From the NCBI GenBank assembly GCA_043228905.1, contig JBHGNT010000018.1, positions 558,001 through 622,000 of the forward strand: a stretch of DNA of 64,000 nt, read 5' to 3'. Positions 25,266-40,200 of this stretch are shown in pieces. Each line of letters starts with the position of its first letter. Within the stretch, counting starts at the first letter, position 1. This DNA comes from Azolla caroliniana (Eukaryota > Plantae > Polypodiophyta). Below the pieces are notes generated by a model. It was not told where the DNA came from. It worked only from the letters and a program-made list of their open reading frames with translations, and did not search any database. Made by a program: the position numbers and the translations under genes.

Positions 25266-28200
25266 TATTAGAGATCTAGGTACTAAAGTAAGCTTAAGAT
25301 AAGGATAAACAAATGATAGATAGAAAGGAGAAAGAGAAAGAAGGGTGCCGATCTACCCGACCACCCCCGAGCGAAGGGATCGAGACAGACTCGAGCCTCG
25401 ATTGGCGTCCCATACCACCGTCGTGGCGTCGAGTCGTACCTGGTGCTGGCGCGCTCGCTACAAGAGTTGACCCACCACAAGAGCAGAGTCTCGATGTAGT
25501 CAAAAGATGATCAAATGAGGGTAGCTAGACCTCTTATTTATAGCGATACCCAAGGCCCCCAAGCAAGTTCACACTTGGCCTAATGGGTTGTCTCAATCCC
25601 GAGCATTTAAAAGTAATCCTCCCCTTCTTTACACTCTCATTTAACCCTCACACTTATCCACGTGTATAGAATACTACGGTAAATTCTCACCATGGGATAT
25701 TAAATGGTCATGCCCATAACATACTCCCCCTCTTTAAAACATTGCACTCTTGCAATGGAAAGTTAGGGAAGTTAGTTCTAAGAGTATTTTCGCGTTCCCA
25801 TGTGGCATCTTTAATTGATTTATCCATCCATTTTATTTTAAATTCTCGGATTTCTTTAGTACGTAATTTTTTTGTTTTAACATCGAGAATTCTTTCTGGT
25901 ACATGTGGTTTAGAAGATAATTCTTCAGATGTAACCAGAGTTTCAGTTGTAACTGTATTGTCGCCAGAACCTAGAAATTATTTTAGACGACTCACATGAA
26001 AGACTAGATGAATTCCGACACCATCGGGAAGAGTGAGACGATAGGCTGATGACCCAATGCGTTTGAGGACTGTAAAAAGGTCCACAAAACCGTGGGGCTA
26101 ACTTAGCGCACTTACCCGTAGACAATGTCTTAGAATTGTGAGGTACACGTAAAAATACCTTCTGTCCAGGGTTGAATACACGAGGTTGTCTATGATGATC
26201 GGCATAAAAACGCGCTCTATCTTGAGCTGTTTTTATATTATCTTGTGCAATATGCAACATATCTTGCATATCCCGAAGAAAGTTTTGCGTACTTCGCAAC
26301 TCATCATGATGTATATTAACATCAATCGGGGCTCATGGCTGAAAACCATACATCAACATAAAAGGACTATATCCCGTCGACGTATGCTTGGAGCTGTTAT
26401 AAGCAAACTCCAAAATTGGGAGATAACGTTCCCATTTTGTTGGTTTTGCACCAACGTATGCTCAAAGCATGTCCTCAATAATTTGATTTACTCGTTCTGT
26501 CTATCCATCGGATTGAGGATGATCCGTGGAGCTCATGCTCAACGTAGTTTCTAACTTCTTAAAGACTTGCGTCCAGAAGTCACTAGTAAACTTTGGATCT
26601 CGATCACTCATGATATCCATCGGTAACCCATAAAAACGAAAAAATTCGTCAACGAATTGGTAAGCCAATTCAGGAGGTGTTACCGTGGTTTTAGTAGCAA
26701 TAAATCTGGCCATTTTAGTTAATCGATCAACGACAACCCAGATGGCATCATGACCTTTTTGGGTGCGAGGAAGGCTAACAATAAAATCCATGGATATACT
26801 TTCCCACTTATTATTGGGAATGTCCAAGGGATGTAAAAGTCCTGCGGCTTTAAGTCGCTCGGCTTTGTTAACCTGACACTGGTGACATTTAGTCACATAG
26901 CTATGTATGTCAGGACGCATCTTAGGCCAATAAAATTGAGTGGAGATGAGAACGAGTGTACGATGTATTCCAGGGTGCCCTGTTGAGGGTGCATCATGGC
27001 ATTCAAAAAGAATCCTCTTTTTGACCTCGGGTAAATCTGGAACACAAACCTTCCCATTATGGTAGAGCAAACCGTTAGCAATGTGGAAGTATTCCTTCAA
27101 GGATGTGATGGTGTCTGTTCCAGACTCAACTCTTGCCCAGTATTTTGCGAAATAACTGTCATCAGGATACTTTCCTCGAAGGTGATCATAAAGATCTGAT
27201 GTTATTTCAGTGAAGCTAAGCATGTTAACTTCACGGATGCGACTTAGTGCATGTTAACTTCACGGAACCTTTACGATATCGTATGGAAAAATCAAAGTCC
27301 TGGATGAGATTAGCCCATCGTGCCTTACGACCTTTCAAGTCTTGTTGGTCACAAATTTATTTCAAAGAGTCGTGGTCCGTAGTTACCACAAAGCAATTTC
27401 CATAAAGATAATGGCGCCATGTTTTGAGCGCATGTATAACTGCAAATAATTCCTTTTCTTGAACGGTATACCGACATTGAGCAGAATCAAGTTTCTTACT
27501 CTCGAATGCTATTGGTTTACCATCTTGATACAAGACAACACCTATAGCATAATTGCTTGCATCGGTTTCAACCTCAAAAGGTTTTGAAGGATCAGGTAAA
27601 AGAAGTGAAGGAGCCTTGCAAACCAGGTCCTTGAGTTCCTTAAAGGCGAGGTCTAGTGTAGCATTCCACACAATAGGTTTTGTAGACTTACGCGTTTGAC
27701 CTTTTAAAAGATCAGTAAACGGCGTCGTCAATTGGGAGTAATTACGAAGAGACATTCGCAAAAACCCGACAAAACCAAGGAATGATCGAACTTCTCGAAT
27801 ATTCTGAAGAGTGAGCCAAAGCTTTATTTTCTCAATGCGAGAAGGATCAATTTCAACTCCTCATTCGGTTATGAGATGTCCTAGATAAGTAATTGATTTC
27901 TTGAAGAACTCACATTTTGAGATCTTTGCATAAAACTGTTTGTCACGCAATGTTTGTAAAACAAAGCGGACATGTCTAGCATGTTCTTGTAATGTATGGC
28001 TATAAACTAAAATATCATCCAAGAAAATAACGACAAATTTTCCAAGTTGTTCTTGGAAAATGTCATTCATTTCTTGTTGAAAAGTAGCCGGAGCATTGGT
28101 CAAACCAAAAGGCATAACCAAAAACTCGTAATGGCCATAGCGCGTACGAAATGCCATTTTAGGAACATCATCCTCACTTATTCGTTTTTTATGGTAGCCA

Positions 28201-31200
28201 GTACGGAGATCAAGTTTCGTAAAATACTGACCTCCCTGCAGACGGTCAATTAGATCGTCAACCCAAGGCAATGGGTACGAATTCTTGATTGTCACTTTAT
28301 TCAAGCATCGGTAATTAATACACATACGCCATGTGCCCTCTTTCTTTTTAACCAAGAGAACTGGTGCACCCCATGGAGATTTACTATAACGTATATAACC
28401 CATTCGTAAATAGTCCTTGAGTTCCGTAGATACTTCATCTTCTTCGGATCGACTTAAGCAATAAGGAGGTATAGTTATTGGTGCAACACCAGGTACAATA
28501 TCTATACGATGGTCTATATTACGTTTAGGAGGTAAGCCATCTGGTAGTTCACTCGAAAAAACATCACGAAAATCATTTAAGATTTCGTCAAGTTGTTGTT
28601 GTTCAAAATATGTTAATTGAACCGGGACATTATCGATATTGTAAACGTGAATGTCCGGATAAAGTACACAATAAAATAACGTAGAACAAGACAATTCGGA
28701 TATTGATGGACATGAGCAAACAATCGAGAGGGATTGTTTTTTTACACATTGAATAAAATGCGTACAATCGTTCAGTACAAAAGAAATGGAATGGCGAACC
28801 CAATCAATAAATAAAGAAGAGTTTTTATTATAAAACCAAGGATAACCCAGTATTACATTGGTGGTACAAAGATTCATTACATGGAAGTCTACTTCCTCTA
28901 TATAAGTATCAATAGAAATTCCTAATGAATGAATCGCCCCGTTGATGTATTGTACTCTTCCATCAGCCAAGTGCACCGTGTAGGTGTGATCACTTACGGT
29001 GGGTTGGATTCCCCACATCTGAACCAAACGATCATTCACGAAATTGTGTGAGCTTCCCGAATCAAATAAAAATTGTACGGGAGATCCATTGATATACCCG
29101 TTTGCACGTAGTAAATCATTGGGACCCAATACATAGTGAGGGAAAGAACATTGACAATTACTTAAATGATGTGTATAGACCTGAAGGACATTAGGAATCT
29201 GACCTTTATGGTCTGCAACTTTAGCTTTGTTGTCGTGCTCTTTCCGTTGGAGCTTTCGACATTGATCTTTTGTATGACCCTTCTTTTTGCAGAATACGCA
29301 AAAAGGATGTTGTCGCTTACAATCGTGATCTAGGAATTCGTTGGGTGTCTTGCGTTTCCCAACAAATTGCGACTGCTTAGTCCCGGGCGCTTCGTTGGGT
29401 TTGTTGTGGTCCTTCTTTGAAGTGCGTTGATAGCGAAGAACTATTTCAACGGCCTCTTCGAAGGATTTTGGATCCTTATCGTGCACTATCCAGTGATAGT
29501 CCGAATTGGGGATGCCATTGACAAAACAAGCTATTAACCAGTTGTCCCTTTCTAGACCCGATTTCTGGATTTGGGTTCTAGCATGGTGAACATAGTCTTC
29601 TAGTGAGGAAAATTTCCTGCTAGAGAGGTTCATTAAAGCTTGTGCTGCCTCGGTTCGAGAGGGAGGTTGCAAAAATTGGCCCTTAAAAACCGTGACAAAA
29701 TCTATCTAGGTATCGGGCAATTTCCCCATAGTACGGAGCCCACGCCACCAGGCGGCGGCCTTACCCCCGAGTTCTCAGCCGACATATGCAATCTTCGTAC
29801 TATCTAGTGTGGGATAGAGCTCAAAATGAGACTCCCATCGTCCCAGCCATGTGCAGATTGCTTCTTCGGTTCTTTCCTTTTTGTCTCCCGTAAATGGCTT
29901 AACGACAAATGATGGTTCACCTTGTCGCTCATCAGGTCTATTAGTCTCACGTTGTAGACTAATGACACGTGCCTTGAGAGCACTTGAGATTGCCGAAGTT
30001 TGGTCATCTGTTGAGCAGAGTAACTAAGGTATTGGGTTATTTGTGCCAAATACATCTCAGTGGACATTTGTCCAGGAGGATTCCCTTGAGTTCCTTCCGC
30101 TTGAGCGGATGACATCGGGTCGTTAATTTGAGCCATTAAAGATTATTTCTAGAAAAGAAATAGGATAAGGTCAGAGAGATAGTCATAACATCATGTCGTG
30201 ATGTAAACATATCATGGGCAAACATAAATCGATATCATGATCTCACGTCAATACCCCTCTAGACGTATGAGATGAGGTTCAAGATCAAGTTACTATGGTA
30301 ACACAAAGGTGTTTTAAAAACCATGGGGGTGACAAATAAATGTCTTTCCCTGATCTCTATATAGATTTTTTCATGGTGGCTCCCCGAGGCTCAACCATGT
30401 ATGTTCGCGTCATGAATAGTTTATACACGAAAAAAATGTTAACATAAACTATGTTTCGGTGCCCACATATGTGGTTTTGGCTCTTTAAGTCCTATTACGA
30501 GGACCCCGAGGTGCACTTAGACCTTAAGTCTAAACATGTGTTATAGTCATATGTATCAAGGATGTTGTATGGTCTTGGTCATATTTGAACTCGAGACCTC
30601 GAGAACAAATACATTAAACACTTGAGCCAACCAAGTGAGTTGCTCTTCTCGAATGCTTAATGTTTAATGCATATAAAAGATATGCGAGGCATTTGATCAT
30701 ATATGTTTTTTTTAAAAGAACATATATGTTAAGGGTCCTTATTTCGCCCTCATTTACCAAAACTATGTTGGTACGTTACCTAACCTCAAGTCTCGTAATT
30801 ACGATGGCATACGCCAAAGTGCAACCTAATGGTCAAGCCAAATGAGCCCTGGTTTCGTAGTAGGCTCACGTGGCCCATTACATGGTCACGTCATTACGAA
30901 TGCCTCTCGTAAGAACGAGCTCATGGTGGCATCGTATCCATGTAACGAGGGAGGGATGTTGGATACGTGTGTCATTGGAGCGACCTCACTTGAAGTGGGT
31001 CAAGCCCTACGTACTCAACATCATTATGGCTATAGGCATTTCTTTACGTAACGAAATCGAGGTCATCAACGGGGTTGTCAACAATAAAAAATTGTTGAAA
31101 AAGGGATGGTGACAACGCCATTCTCACAAAAATGTGAGGATGGCCACCAACATCCTTTTCCCGACAAGGACAACTTTCGATATAATCACGTAATAACGAA

Positions 31201-32283
31201 TATACACATATGTTTACTTATCACATATATACGATCAAATACGTATATACGTGACCACATATGCCTATATTAAACATATCGTTACATTAAATAGCCACAA
31301 ATGATGTGATCGAGATACGTAATCGAGGTATATACCTCTACGCACACGAAACATCCACAAATAAGAGATCATCGTAATACGCAATTGAGGGATTGACCTC
31401 TTACGCATACGAGACCAAACGCATATCGTTTACAACAAATCAAGTTATTAAACTCATATGCGAACGTAACATATGTTCGTGAACGTAATACGTAATTGAG
31501 TTATTAACCTTGTACGTATACGACACTCATCATATATTATTTATATGTCAAACGAGGTATTGACCTCGTGCACATATGTAAACGTTTTAGATAATCAATT
31601 AAAGACCACTACAACATCATTGACTTAATGAAAAAAAATGACATATAAACTAAACACATGATTAGATGGGAGAAGAGAGAATAGAAAAAAAAAATTATGG
31701 AAAGAGTTACCGAAGTTCTTTGTTGATCGTTGTCTGGATCAATGCCGACCGCACATCGATCGATCACCATCAATCAAACGACAAATGAAAAACAAAGAAA
31801 CATTAGTACATAAATCTGATACCAAATATTAGAGATCTAGGTACTAAAGTAAGCTTAAGATAAGGATAAACAAATGATAGATAGAAAGGAGAAAGAGAAA
31901 GAAGGGTGCCGATCCACCCGACCACCCTCGAGCGAAGGGATCGAGACAGACTCGAGCCTCGATCGGCGTCCCATACCACCGCCGTGGCGTTGAGTCGTAC
32001 CTGGTGCTGGCGTGCTCGCTACAAGAGTTGACCCACCACAAGAGCAGAGTCTCGATGTAGTCAAAAGATGATCAAATGATGGTAGCTAGACCTCTTATTT
32101 ATAGCGATACCCAAGGCCCCCAGGCAAGTTCACACTTGGCCTAATGGGTTGTCTCAATCCCGAGGATTTAAAAGTAAATCCTCCCCTTCTTTACACTCTC
32201 GTTTAACCCTCACACTTATCCACGTGTATAGAATACTACGGTAAATTCTCACCACGGGATATTAAATGGTCATGCCCATAACA
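25266..32283 (-). mobile_element. Full-length Ty3/gypsy chromovirus (family D); LTRs 25266-25721 and 31827-32283
   Basis: TSD GTAGG/GTAGG; LTRs differ at roughly a dozen sites; PBS TGGTATCAGA (31815-31824, tRNA-iMet-like); PPT AAAGAGGGGGAG; inserted about 410 bp after the MC-A stop. Confidence 0.97.
25740..30136 (-). pseudogene. Gag-pol of the family-D chromovirus (disrupted)
   Basis: [18 protein letters not shown], protease [17 protein letters not shown], RNase H ETDAS...EKEL, integrase ISMDF...SDRD, C-terminal chromodomain-like PERILD...IKW...ATWE; several stops and frameshifts. Confidence 0.92.
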
Positions 32284-32569
32284 GTAGGTTGGTTGCATAC
32301 GTCCAAAATCCATGCCTAAAAGTTACAAGATTAAGAACATACGGTGAAGATAGACTTTATATAATCATGTCTATGGAGAAATCCTCAAACTGACCATTAC
32401 CAAAGGTTCACCATTTATAGAAAACTCAAAATATCTAATAAATAATTCGATCAATAAAGAATTTACAGTTTTACAAGAGGTATATATAAGCTCAATTTCT
32501 ACACAAATATAATCAAGCCCAACCTACATCCGCAGAAGCATTATCTTGGAGACTCACTAGAAACACTTA

Positions 32570-33090
32570 AATGAGAAGATGTGGCACAAAATCAAACTGA
32601 AAAGAGGTCCCAAGTCTCTGCCTACTGAAATTCACATTCTGATTACTCCTAGATTCCAGAGCTTCTTCCAAAACACTACTGAAACAGCTCAAAAAACACA
32701 TCCACTCTTCATCACTCATGTCCCCAAGAGAAAATTGATTTGTATTAGCAACAGAGACGCCTTTCCCATTCATCTTGGGTGCTGGTGTCAGACGAACATG
32801 TTTGAACAGATATTTCATCTTACCACCATAGTTTCCATATGTGGGCTTATGGTGATTCAAACTGATGCACGACTGAGTATATTGCTTTCATCCTGGGACT
32901 ACCAAATGGTTGATGTCCACTGACATGCCACATATTTCTTGGGGATCCTAAGGAAAGTATCTTGTTCAAACAACTAGATTTAACAATTGAAACTCCTTTG
33001 TTTGCCAGCAGTAAACCATCTTCATCCAAAGGAGGGAGACATGGTTAAAATCGGTACTTGGGCCACACAACTTCCATCTCCAAAACAATC
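32570..33090 (-). pseudogene. Frameshifted 3' fragment of an unidentified host gene
   Basis: Protein-like pieces DEDGLLLANKGVSIV...LGSPRNMWHV and MSDEEWMCFLSCFSSVLEEAL...RQRLGTSFQF in different frames; family not recognised. Confidence 0.45.
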
Positions 33091-33097
33091 TTCCTCT

Positions 33098-34372
33098 ACC
33101 CTAAACTGGAGGGCGCCGTAATCTTCCAATCGAAGCTTGGCGACATGGTGTTAGCCTGGATGTTGAACAGACCATAACGACGAAATGGGCCACAGCAAAT
33201 GCATTGTCACTTCTGATGCTAAACTCGCTTGATTAAGGTGCCAACAAGACCGTGCTCAGTGTTAACAAGTTTATATTGCGGCCAAAGTAGACCAACCCTT
33301 ACTAACAAAACAATGAGACTAACTCACGAATAACCCTATTGTGCTTTGTGATATGAACCTGATATACCATCGAATTATATTACATCAGGAAAAAAGGGGC
33401 GCCAAAAATATAATTGACAACCACACACAACGAAATGAAATTGTTTTCTTTTACCCTTAATTTCTGTTGATTATAACTTATAAGTATGGGATTGAAGTAC
33501 AAAAGATATTGCATTTAGGGCATACCAGTCTCGCAAAAAGGATTGACAATGTTAATATCCAAAAACTCTCATCATCGTCACGGTGGAATCACTAAACCAT
33601 CAAATTTACAACAAACTTGGTACGAAGACAAAACATTTTCACCATACACATGGATGCAAAAGGAAATCCCCATCGGTGGATGTTTGGAACACATTTCCTT
33701 TCTATTACATCAAGATCAAACAACCCTAGGTATCATTTGTTTGTTTTCCTGCTTCTACTTGGACATAGCATTAAGACGAAGGTAGGATGGTTTACCTGTA
33801 AGATTGTGTAGTGAGTGAGATCGACAGAGAGGAGAACTCTTCCACAGATGACAGAAGTAGGGCTACAATACCAGATGAGATCAACGTTGTCTCTAACTCC
33901 CTCCTTTACTTACCTATCTCTTGTGCTTTTTAATCAATCTCTCTGTGTCTCCTCCCTCTCTGTTTTCTCCTAATCTCTCTGTCTTCTCTCAAGGTGTTTT
34001 TCACTCTCTGTTTTCTTATTTTCTTTGGCTTCGTTTTTTTATTTCTTACAGTACCCCTCCGTAGGGGCATATAAGCAATAAGTATAAGTAGTGCTGAAAT
34101 TACAAAAATAACCCCTTACCTTTTACTTATTACCTTTTCAGGTGTGGGTTCCACTTGTGTGGAAAACCCCCCGTACATATGTATGTGTTTCATGTTGTGC
34201 AAATGAAGTGCTTTGTTTCTTGGTGAATAACCTTCCTCCTGATGTCACACTGACTGTAGTCGCGTGCATTCTTGCCAATTAATGAGCAAATCGAAGAAAG
34301 CCTCAGTTAAGGACAGGCAATGCCGAAACCATAGCAAGGACACAAATCCCAATCCTATCGAGCACTAGAGCG
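33098..34372 (+). pseudogene. Decayed metacaspase pseudogene of the MC-C type (exon-1 remnant about 33098-33230, exon-2 remnant about 34200-34372)
   Basis: ATCTTCCAATCGAAG...AATGCATTGTCACTTCTGATGCTAAACTC and TTCTTGGTGAATAACCTTCCTCCTGATGTCACACTGAC...CAATGCCGAAAC match the MC-C coding strand with deletions. Confidence 0.8.
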
Positions 34373-36260
34373 GTGGCAGAGGTGATGTCCTTGCACTATA
34401 TATCTTGGTTCTAGAATAGTAAGGTGAAGCTAATTAAAACAAACATGTGAGTAGTCCTAAACTTCTCCACACTAGTTAGGTTGCAATGTGTTTATCGAGA
34501 TCCTTAGCCACTACCCCATGGACATTCATTGACACATACAGATTACTTCTTTTGTTTGGGGTCTAATTATAGGTTTAGGATTTTTAATTGTAGGGATTCC
34601 ATGTCTTTTTCATGTGGCTCTCTATGCTCAATTGTTATACCTTCTACTACTTTGCTCAATTGCCTCTAGCAATTGTCAACAGTTCCATTTTAACCGATAA
34701 GAACCGTGAAACCGCGACTTAATAGTTTATATGGTTTGGTTCACCGTGAAACCACGGGTTAATAGTTTAAATGGTTTGGTTCAATTCAAGTTCGGGTTAA
34801 TAGTTTAAACCGGATGTGAGGATGTCTCCTGCACGAAGAAGTGCTGGTCAATCTCGACATCGCCGATTTTCACCCGTACGTTCGGGCATGCTCCATGAAG
34901 TTCTTCCGTAGCACGCGTCGCTGCCTATATTTTCAAGCCGTGTTTGGTGTTGATCGGCCATTTCCCCCTTTTGTAGAAGTCCATGGACATCAAGTTGATT
35001 TCTAAACCGCGGTCCACCAACGCCACCACCGGCTCCTGGACATCCCCGATCTTAGCAGGGGTCTCCGTGGTCGCTCTGGCCCAGTGCGGCCTCGAATAGT
35101 GGCTCTTTGCCAACTCGTCTTCTAACGCCATGTCCTCTATGTGCGTCGTTTGCACTTCCACCGGCTTCTCCAGCTCTAGCTCTGTCGACAACGTCTTCCT
35201 CTTCACCAACTCTATGATGGAGTCGTGGAACTCCTTCTTGGCGATCCCGAGCACTTCCCTTAGTGATAGCTCCACTTTGATGTCGAGGATGAGTTCCTCC
35301 AGGACCTTTCGCAGGTCGGTGGTTCGTTCGATTTCCGTGCTCAACCGGTACCCGGCCTTCTTGGCTTTATCCGGTGTGCCGGTCGCACCAGCCTCATTCT
35401 GCCTTTGGCCGAATCGGCTCTCATACCGTTGCGAGGGCCCGGCCCCTCTGGTTTTACCTACTCGCTTGTCTTCCACCAGAGCCTCGTAGTTCTGGCATGC
35501 GGCTTCGACGAAGCCCGTCTTTTCTTTGACCAGGTCACTCCACCCGGTTACCTCCGGACCCGTTTTTCCGCGCGGTCCGCTTCTTCTTTCCTTAGCCGCG
35601 CGCCGGCGAGACCTTCCAGCATCAGCAGCCAGAATCCGGCTTTGTCCGTCTTCCGGGCCTCACCACCTCCGACCCGGATCCCTGCCGACGCCGAGTAGTG
35701 GATGGTCTCCGCGTGGCGAGCCGCTGCTTCTTCCATCAGCCATTTCATACCCCCTCGTCCGACATTCAGGTCCAGGGCCCTCTGGGTCTTGCTAGCATGC
35801 ACCCGACCGTTCCATAGGTACACCACGTTGGCTCTCATTGCCTCGGCGAAGTCCCCACAGTCCCTCCGGACGTGGCCGACCGCGTCGCACCACAAACACC
35901 GGTTTCCAGCCAAAGGCCTTCGGTCACGAGCCTGTTCGCCGTCGTCCCTCCGTGCCTGTGCAATCTGGAGGTCCTTTACCATCCTAGTAAGCCCCTCTAG
36001 AGCTGCTCCTCCACTCGAGCCTCTGACCATGCCGATCGAAGTCGATCCCGTCCAGGGCCAGTCTCGGGTCTCTTCCCTTTACGCTGGCGGGGTTGGCTCA
36101 AGATTCCTTACTGCTATAGAGCCCGCCCTTGTTGATCCTTTATCAACCCACTCTCGCCGTTTGTCAAAACGGCCACAAACTCTCTTCACCACGGCCCAGT
36201 CGGCCGTCAGCCCATCATCAGTCTCCAGCAGGAGACCCACTTGCTCCCGGTCCCTCGCAT

Positions 36261-36609
36261 TGTTACCCGTATAGGTATACGGGAGGGTTAAGTGTAATGT
36301 GAAAGGTGTAATGTGGAATATGAATTGTGAATGTGTGAGCGTGTGAGTGTTAGGTGAGGTAAGTAGGTGTACCTACGTCCATTCGGCTTTTTGTAAAGAT
36401 CTTATATAAATCCTCACTCATGGGGCATGAAAAAGATGGAATATTGAAGTTACCCACAAACTGTGTCTGTCTTGATTCTCTCTCTCTCTCTCTCTCTTTC
36501 TCTCATTTGTTCTCTCTGTGCATCTCATCTCTCCCTCTCTCCTCTCACACTCGAACCCCCTTGGGAGGGGGGTGGAACCGATCTTGGCTCCACCCCCCAC
36601 CCATAAACA
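36261..36609 (+). mobile_element. Solo LTR (related to family E) inserted in the family-C gag
   Basis: TG...CA ends, TSD CGCAT/CGCAT, TATATAAA followed by a CT-rich tract. Confidence 0.9.
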
Positions 36610-37276
36610 CGCATCCACCGACTTAACGAACAGTAGGACGCGACTCGTGTCTAGTATGGTCCGGTCGAGCGCCGAAAGACGCGCAAAGCGTTCTTCATAC
36701 TCCTAGAGGAGCACTGACGCGTTTCTCCCCTTTACGGGGTTCTCTATCCATTCCATGAAATCCCGTTTCGAGAGCCGAAGCGCGTCATCAAGCCCGTATT
36801 TTTCGAGGAGCCGACCTTCAAACTCTTCCAGGTCCGGCTCTCAGCCGTACCTCGAGCACCTCCGCATGGATGCCCGGCATCGCCACTCGAGGGACTCCAG
36901 TCAGTCGCCTCTCTTCCAGAATGTCTCTCATTACCATCTCGGCCCGGTAGGCCTCCAAATAGCTCGTGGTGTCCTTCCCACTGAACCGGCCTACCGCTTC
37001 AATGGCCCTATCAAGGGCGCTTGCGCCTTCGTGCGCACTCACTATCTGATCCACAGCCGAAGCCATGGCTTCCGCGAGATCCGACCCCTTCATCTTTCTA
37101 TTCCTCTGCCGCCCGTTCACGTCAGGTTCACCAAATATGTCGCGTTATTACGCGCGTGCGCGTAGAAGGGCGGGACCACGGGGGTCTTTGACCGAGGAAT
37201 AGCTGAGAAGGAGGAGAATGGAAACAAAGATATATAAATAAACAAAGATATATCAAGACGGTTACAACTATAGGCA

Positions 37277-40200
37277 TGTTGTTGGGGTGGGGAGTGAAGC
37301 CTAGAATGGCTTCACCCCCCTCCCAAGAGGGTTACGATGGGGAGAGAGCTAGAGAGAGAGAGAAATAGGAAATGATACATATGTGAGAGGGGAAAATTGT
37401 ATATCCATTACTTGCCCCATAAGGGGTTTATATAATACATAATGTAACGATAAATAATGACCATTACAAAAGAGACCGTTACATTCTTGTCACATGCACA
37501 TAACTGTGCATGTGCTTACACATACTCATCCTCACACTCATATACATTACACATACCGAACAACCCTTTCAATGTGTTTTACCCTTTTACTGCCCCGTAC
37601 AACTCCTACGGGTAACACATGGCACGCCTGTGGGATAGTGCATCGCACATTGAACCCACTCGCCATGGCAACTATTAACGACCGAAACTCCATCAATCGT
37701 CTCAACAGTTGGAAATCCATCGACCAGATCAGAGCTCTACGATCGATAACTTCGATCGGAGCATTGCTTGACTCGAACCTTCTCGTTCGGTCAGCATGTC
37801 GCTCAATTGGATCACACACCGATTGGCTCCTCCATTGTGGCATGTGTCTTTCATGATTCTGTTACATGTATGTGTATTTTTCGGTTTCTTCATGTGAATT
37901 GAGCTTTGTATTTTGTATCCTTGGTCTCTAAAAACTTTACCCTCAAGTTTTTTTTTTTTTTCAAATTTTATTTTTGGCCCTTGAGTTTTCGAAATTCTGC
38001 ATTCTACCCTCCACTTTTTGAAATCTCACGTCATGCCTTTGAGCTTTTGAAATTTCATCTTCTTTGTCCTTAAGTTCTGAAAATTTCTCTTCATACTCCT
38101 CTTCTCTTTCTTCGTTTCCTTCTCTCCTCTTTTTCTTCTTTCTTTTCTTCTTCCACATTCTTCTCTTCTTCTGCTTTTTGTTTTCATCTGTCTGTGTCTT
38201 CGTGGCCGTCACTCGGCCCTTCTCTCGATCACGAGTCTCGGTCGTACTCTCGAGCACGCGTCTCGACCATCCTCTCGGCCGTGCATCTCGGCTGTATTTT
38301 CGATCGCGTGTCTCGGTCGCGCGTCTCGTCTTGGCCGTACTCTTGGCGGCGGGTCCCGGCCATACTCTCACATCTCGGTCGTCCTCTCGGACATGCGTCC
38401 CAGCCATCTTCTCGGCCGTGTGTCTTAGCCACGTGTCTCTCGGCCGTACTCTCGGCCACACGTCTTGGCCGTCCTTTCAGGAGACAAGCATGTCCGTGTG
38501 ATGTTTAGAGCATGGAGATACGACACAAACAGAATGATATAGGGGCAAAGCATTGGGGTCTCTTTCTTCCTTCTTTCTCCTTTCTACCTTCTTTCTTCCT
38601 TCTTTCTCCTTTCTACCTTCTTTCTTCCTTCTTTCTTCTTTCTTTCTGTTGTCGTTTCTTTCTCCTCTTCGTTTCTTCCTGTTTTCCTTCGTTGTGTGTG
38701 TATGTTCTTTCTTTTTCTTTTTCCGTGGTCGTCCCTCTGTCTATGCCAGTCGTGACTGTCGTACATCGGCCGTTGCTAACCGCGATTAGTTGGTGACCAT
38801 GTCTATTCGACCGGTGTCTTTTTGGTCGTCATTTGGCAGTCTCTTAGGGGCATAGCAATTCGTCTGTCAGTCTAGCTGGCTACCGACTACCGTGTGTCCG
38901 GTGGCCGACTCTATTCAGGGCCACGCCGTATGTATGTTGTTAGGTCATCTCTCGATTTGCTGTCGTTGTTTGGTGGTCGGCTCTGACTGTTGGTTGTTCT
39001 ACCGTCGATGTCCCTCGGCTATCGGACCTTTGTCCGGATGCCTCTGTTTGGCCAGTCCGTTGGCCGTGTCTTTCCGGAAATCTACCGGATGTTGGCCATC
39101 TCTCGGCCAGTTCGGCCGTCGATCGTTTCGGTCAGGCTGCCAACTGTCAGACCGTTTGTCGCCGTTTGTCGGCTTTGTCGGATGTCTGCTATCTGTCTGG
39201 CTCTACTTCCACCGGCTGGCCGTGTCTCGGTTGGCTGTCCGGCAGCTAGCTCCGTTCGTTGGTTGTTTGGTCGGCCGCCGCCTGTCTCTCTCATCCACCG
39301 ATTGGTGTTTGTTCAGTGCCGTCTACGGTCCTGAACCAGGAACGAAATAGCTTTGATTGGCCCCACTTGGGCTTGAGCCACCACCATAACTTGGATCCAA
39401 ATAACCACCATATCCAGTATTGGCAGCATCAGGGCGAGGAGATGGTGGTGCTAGTGAACTAGGTCTCACCCCAATATTTGAACTAGATGTAGAGCTCCCA
39501 TAAGCGCTCATTGTAGATGGAGATACATTTCCACAAGGCACATTACTTCTAGAGCCATGTGATCCCTGGTTCACATTGCTACTCATCCCACCATAACTCT
39601 AATTTAGATTTTGACTTGAGCTCAGAGTTGCTATAAGAAAGCTTGGATGGAAGCGATGGAGTGGGGAGTGATGATAGCTGCCATAGCCGTGAAGAGTCTT
39701 TGGGACAGAAAAACAGACACGCAGAGAGGAGGGGATGATGAATGTAGAGAGGGGTTGATGATGGTTGGAGATGGCGATGGTAAAGGCATCACAAGCATAT
39801 GTAAGGTCACCATAACGTTCCTCCCCCTCCTCCTGTCGATTCTCTGTCATCATGTGGGTGTGTCTGAGTATCTGTAAAACCGCCCACGAGTCACTACCAC
39901 CACCAAGGGAAAAGGGAATGATAGCCTTTTCACCAAGGCCCAACTCTGGGCCACATCTTCTAGAATCCTTTTCTCCCATAATCATATACATCAATTTTTC
40001 TTCTCACCCATGGAAACTTCTGCTTCCCCTCTTAGTTTAGCTGCCTCAGCTGCAAGAAGACCTATAGTATTCTGCAGGTTTTCTACCATAGAGCTGATGG
40101 ATTGAAGACGATATTCAGCCATGGCTGTAGATTTCCTTTCAGCTTCGATCCTCTCACTCTTCTATGATAGGATGTTCTCCATGTCTTCTTCAAAAGTCTC

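Noticed and set aside
37961-39350. K/R/E-rich and S/R-rich ORFs inside family E as cargo genes
   Set aside because: Low-complexity CTT and TCGGCCG repeats open frames on both strands; no recognisable domain
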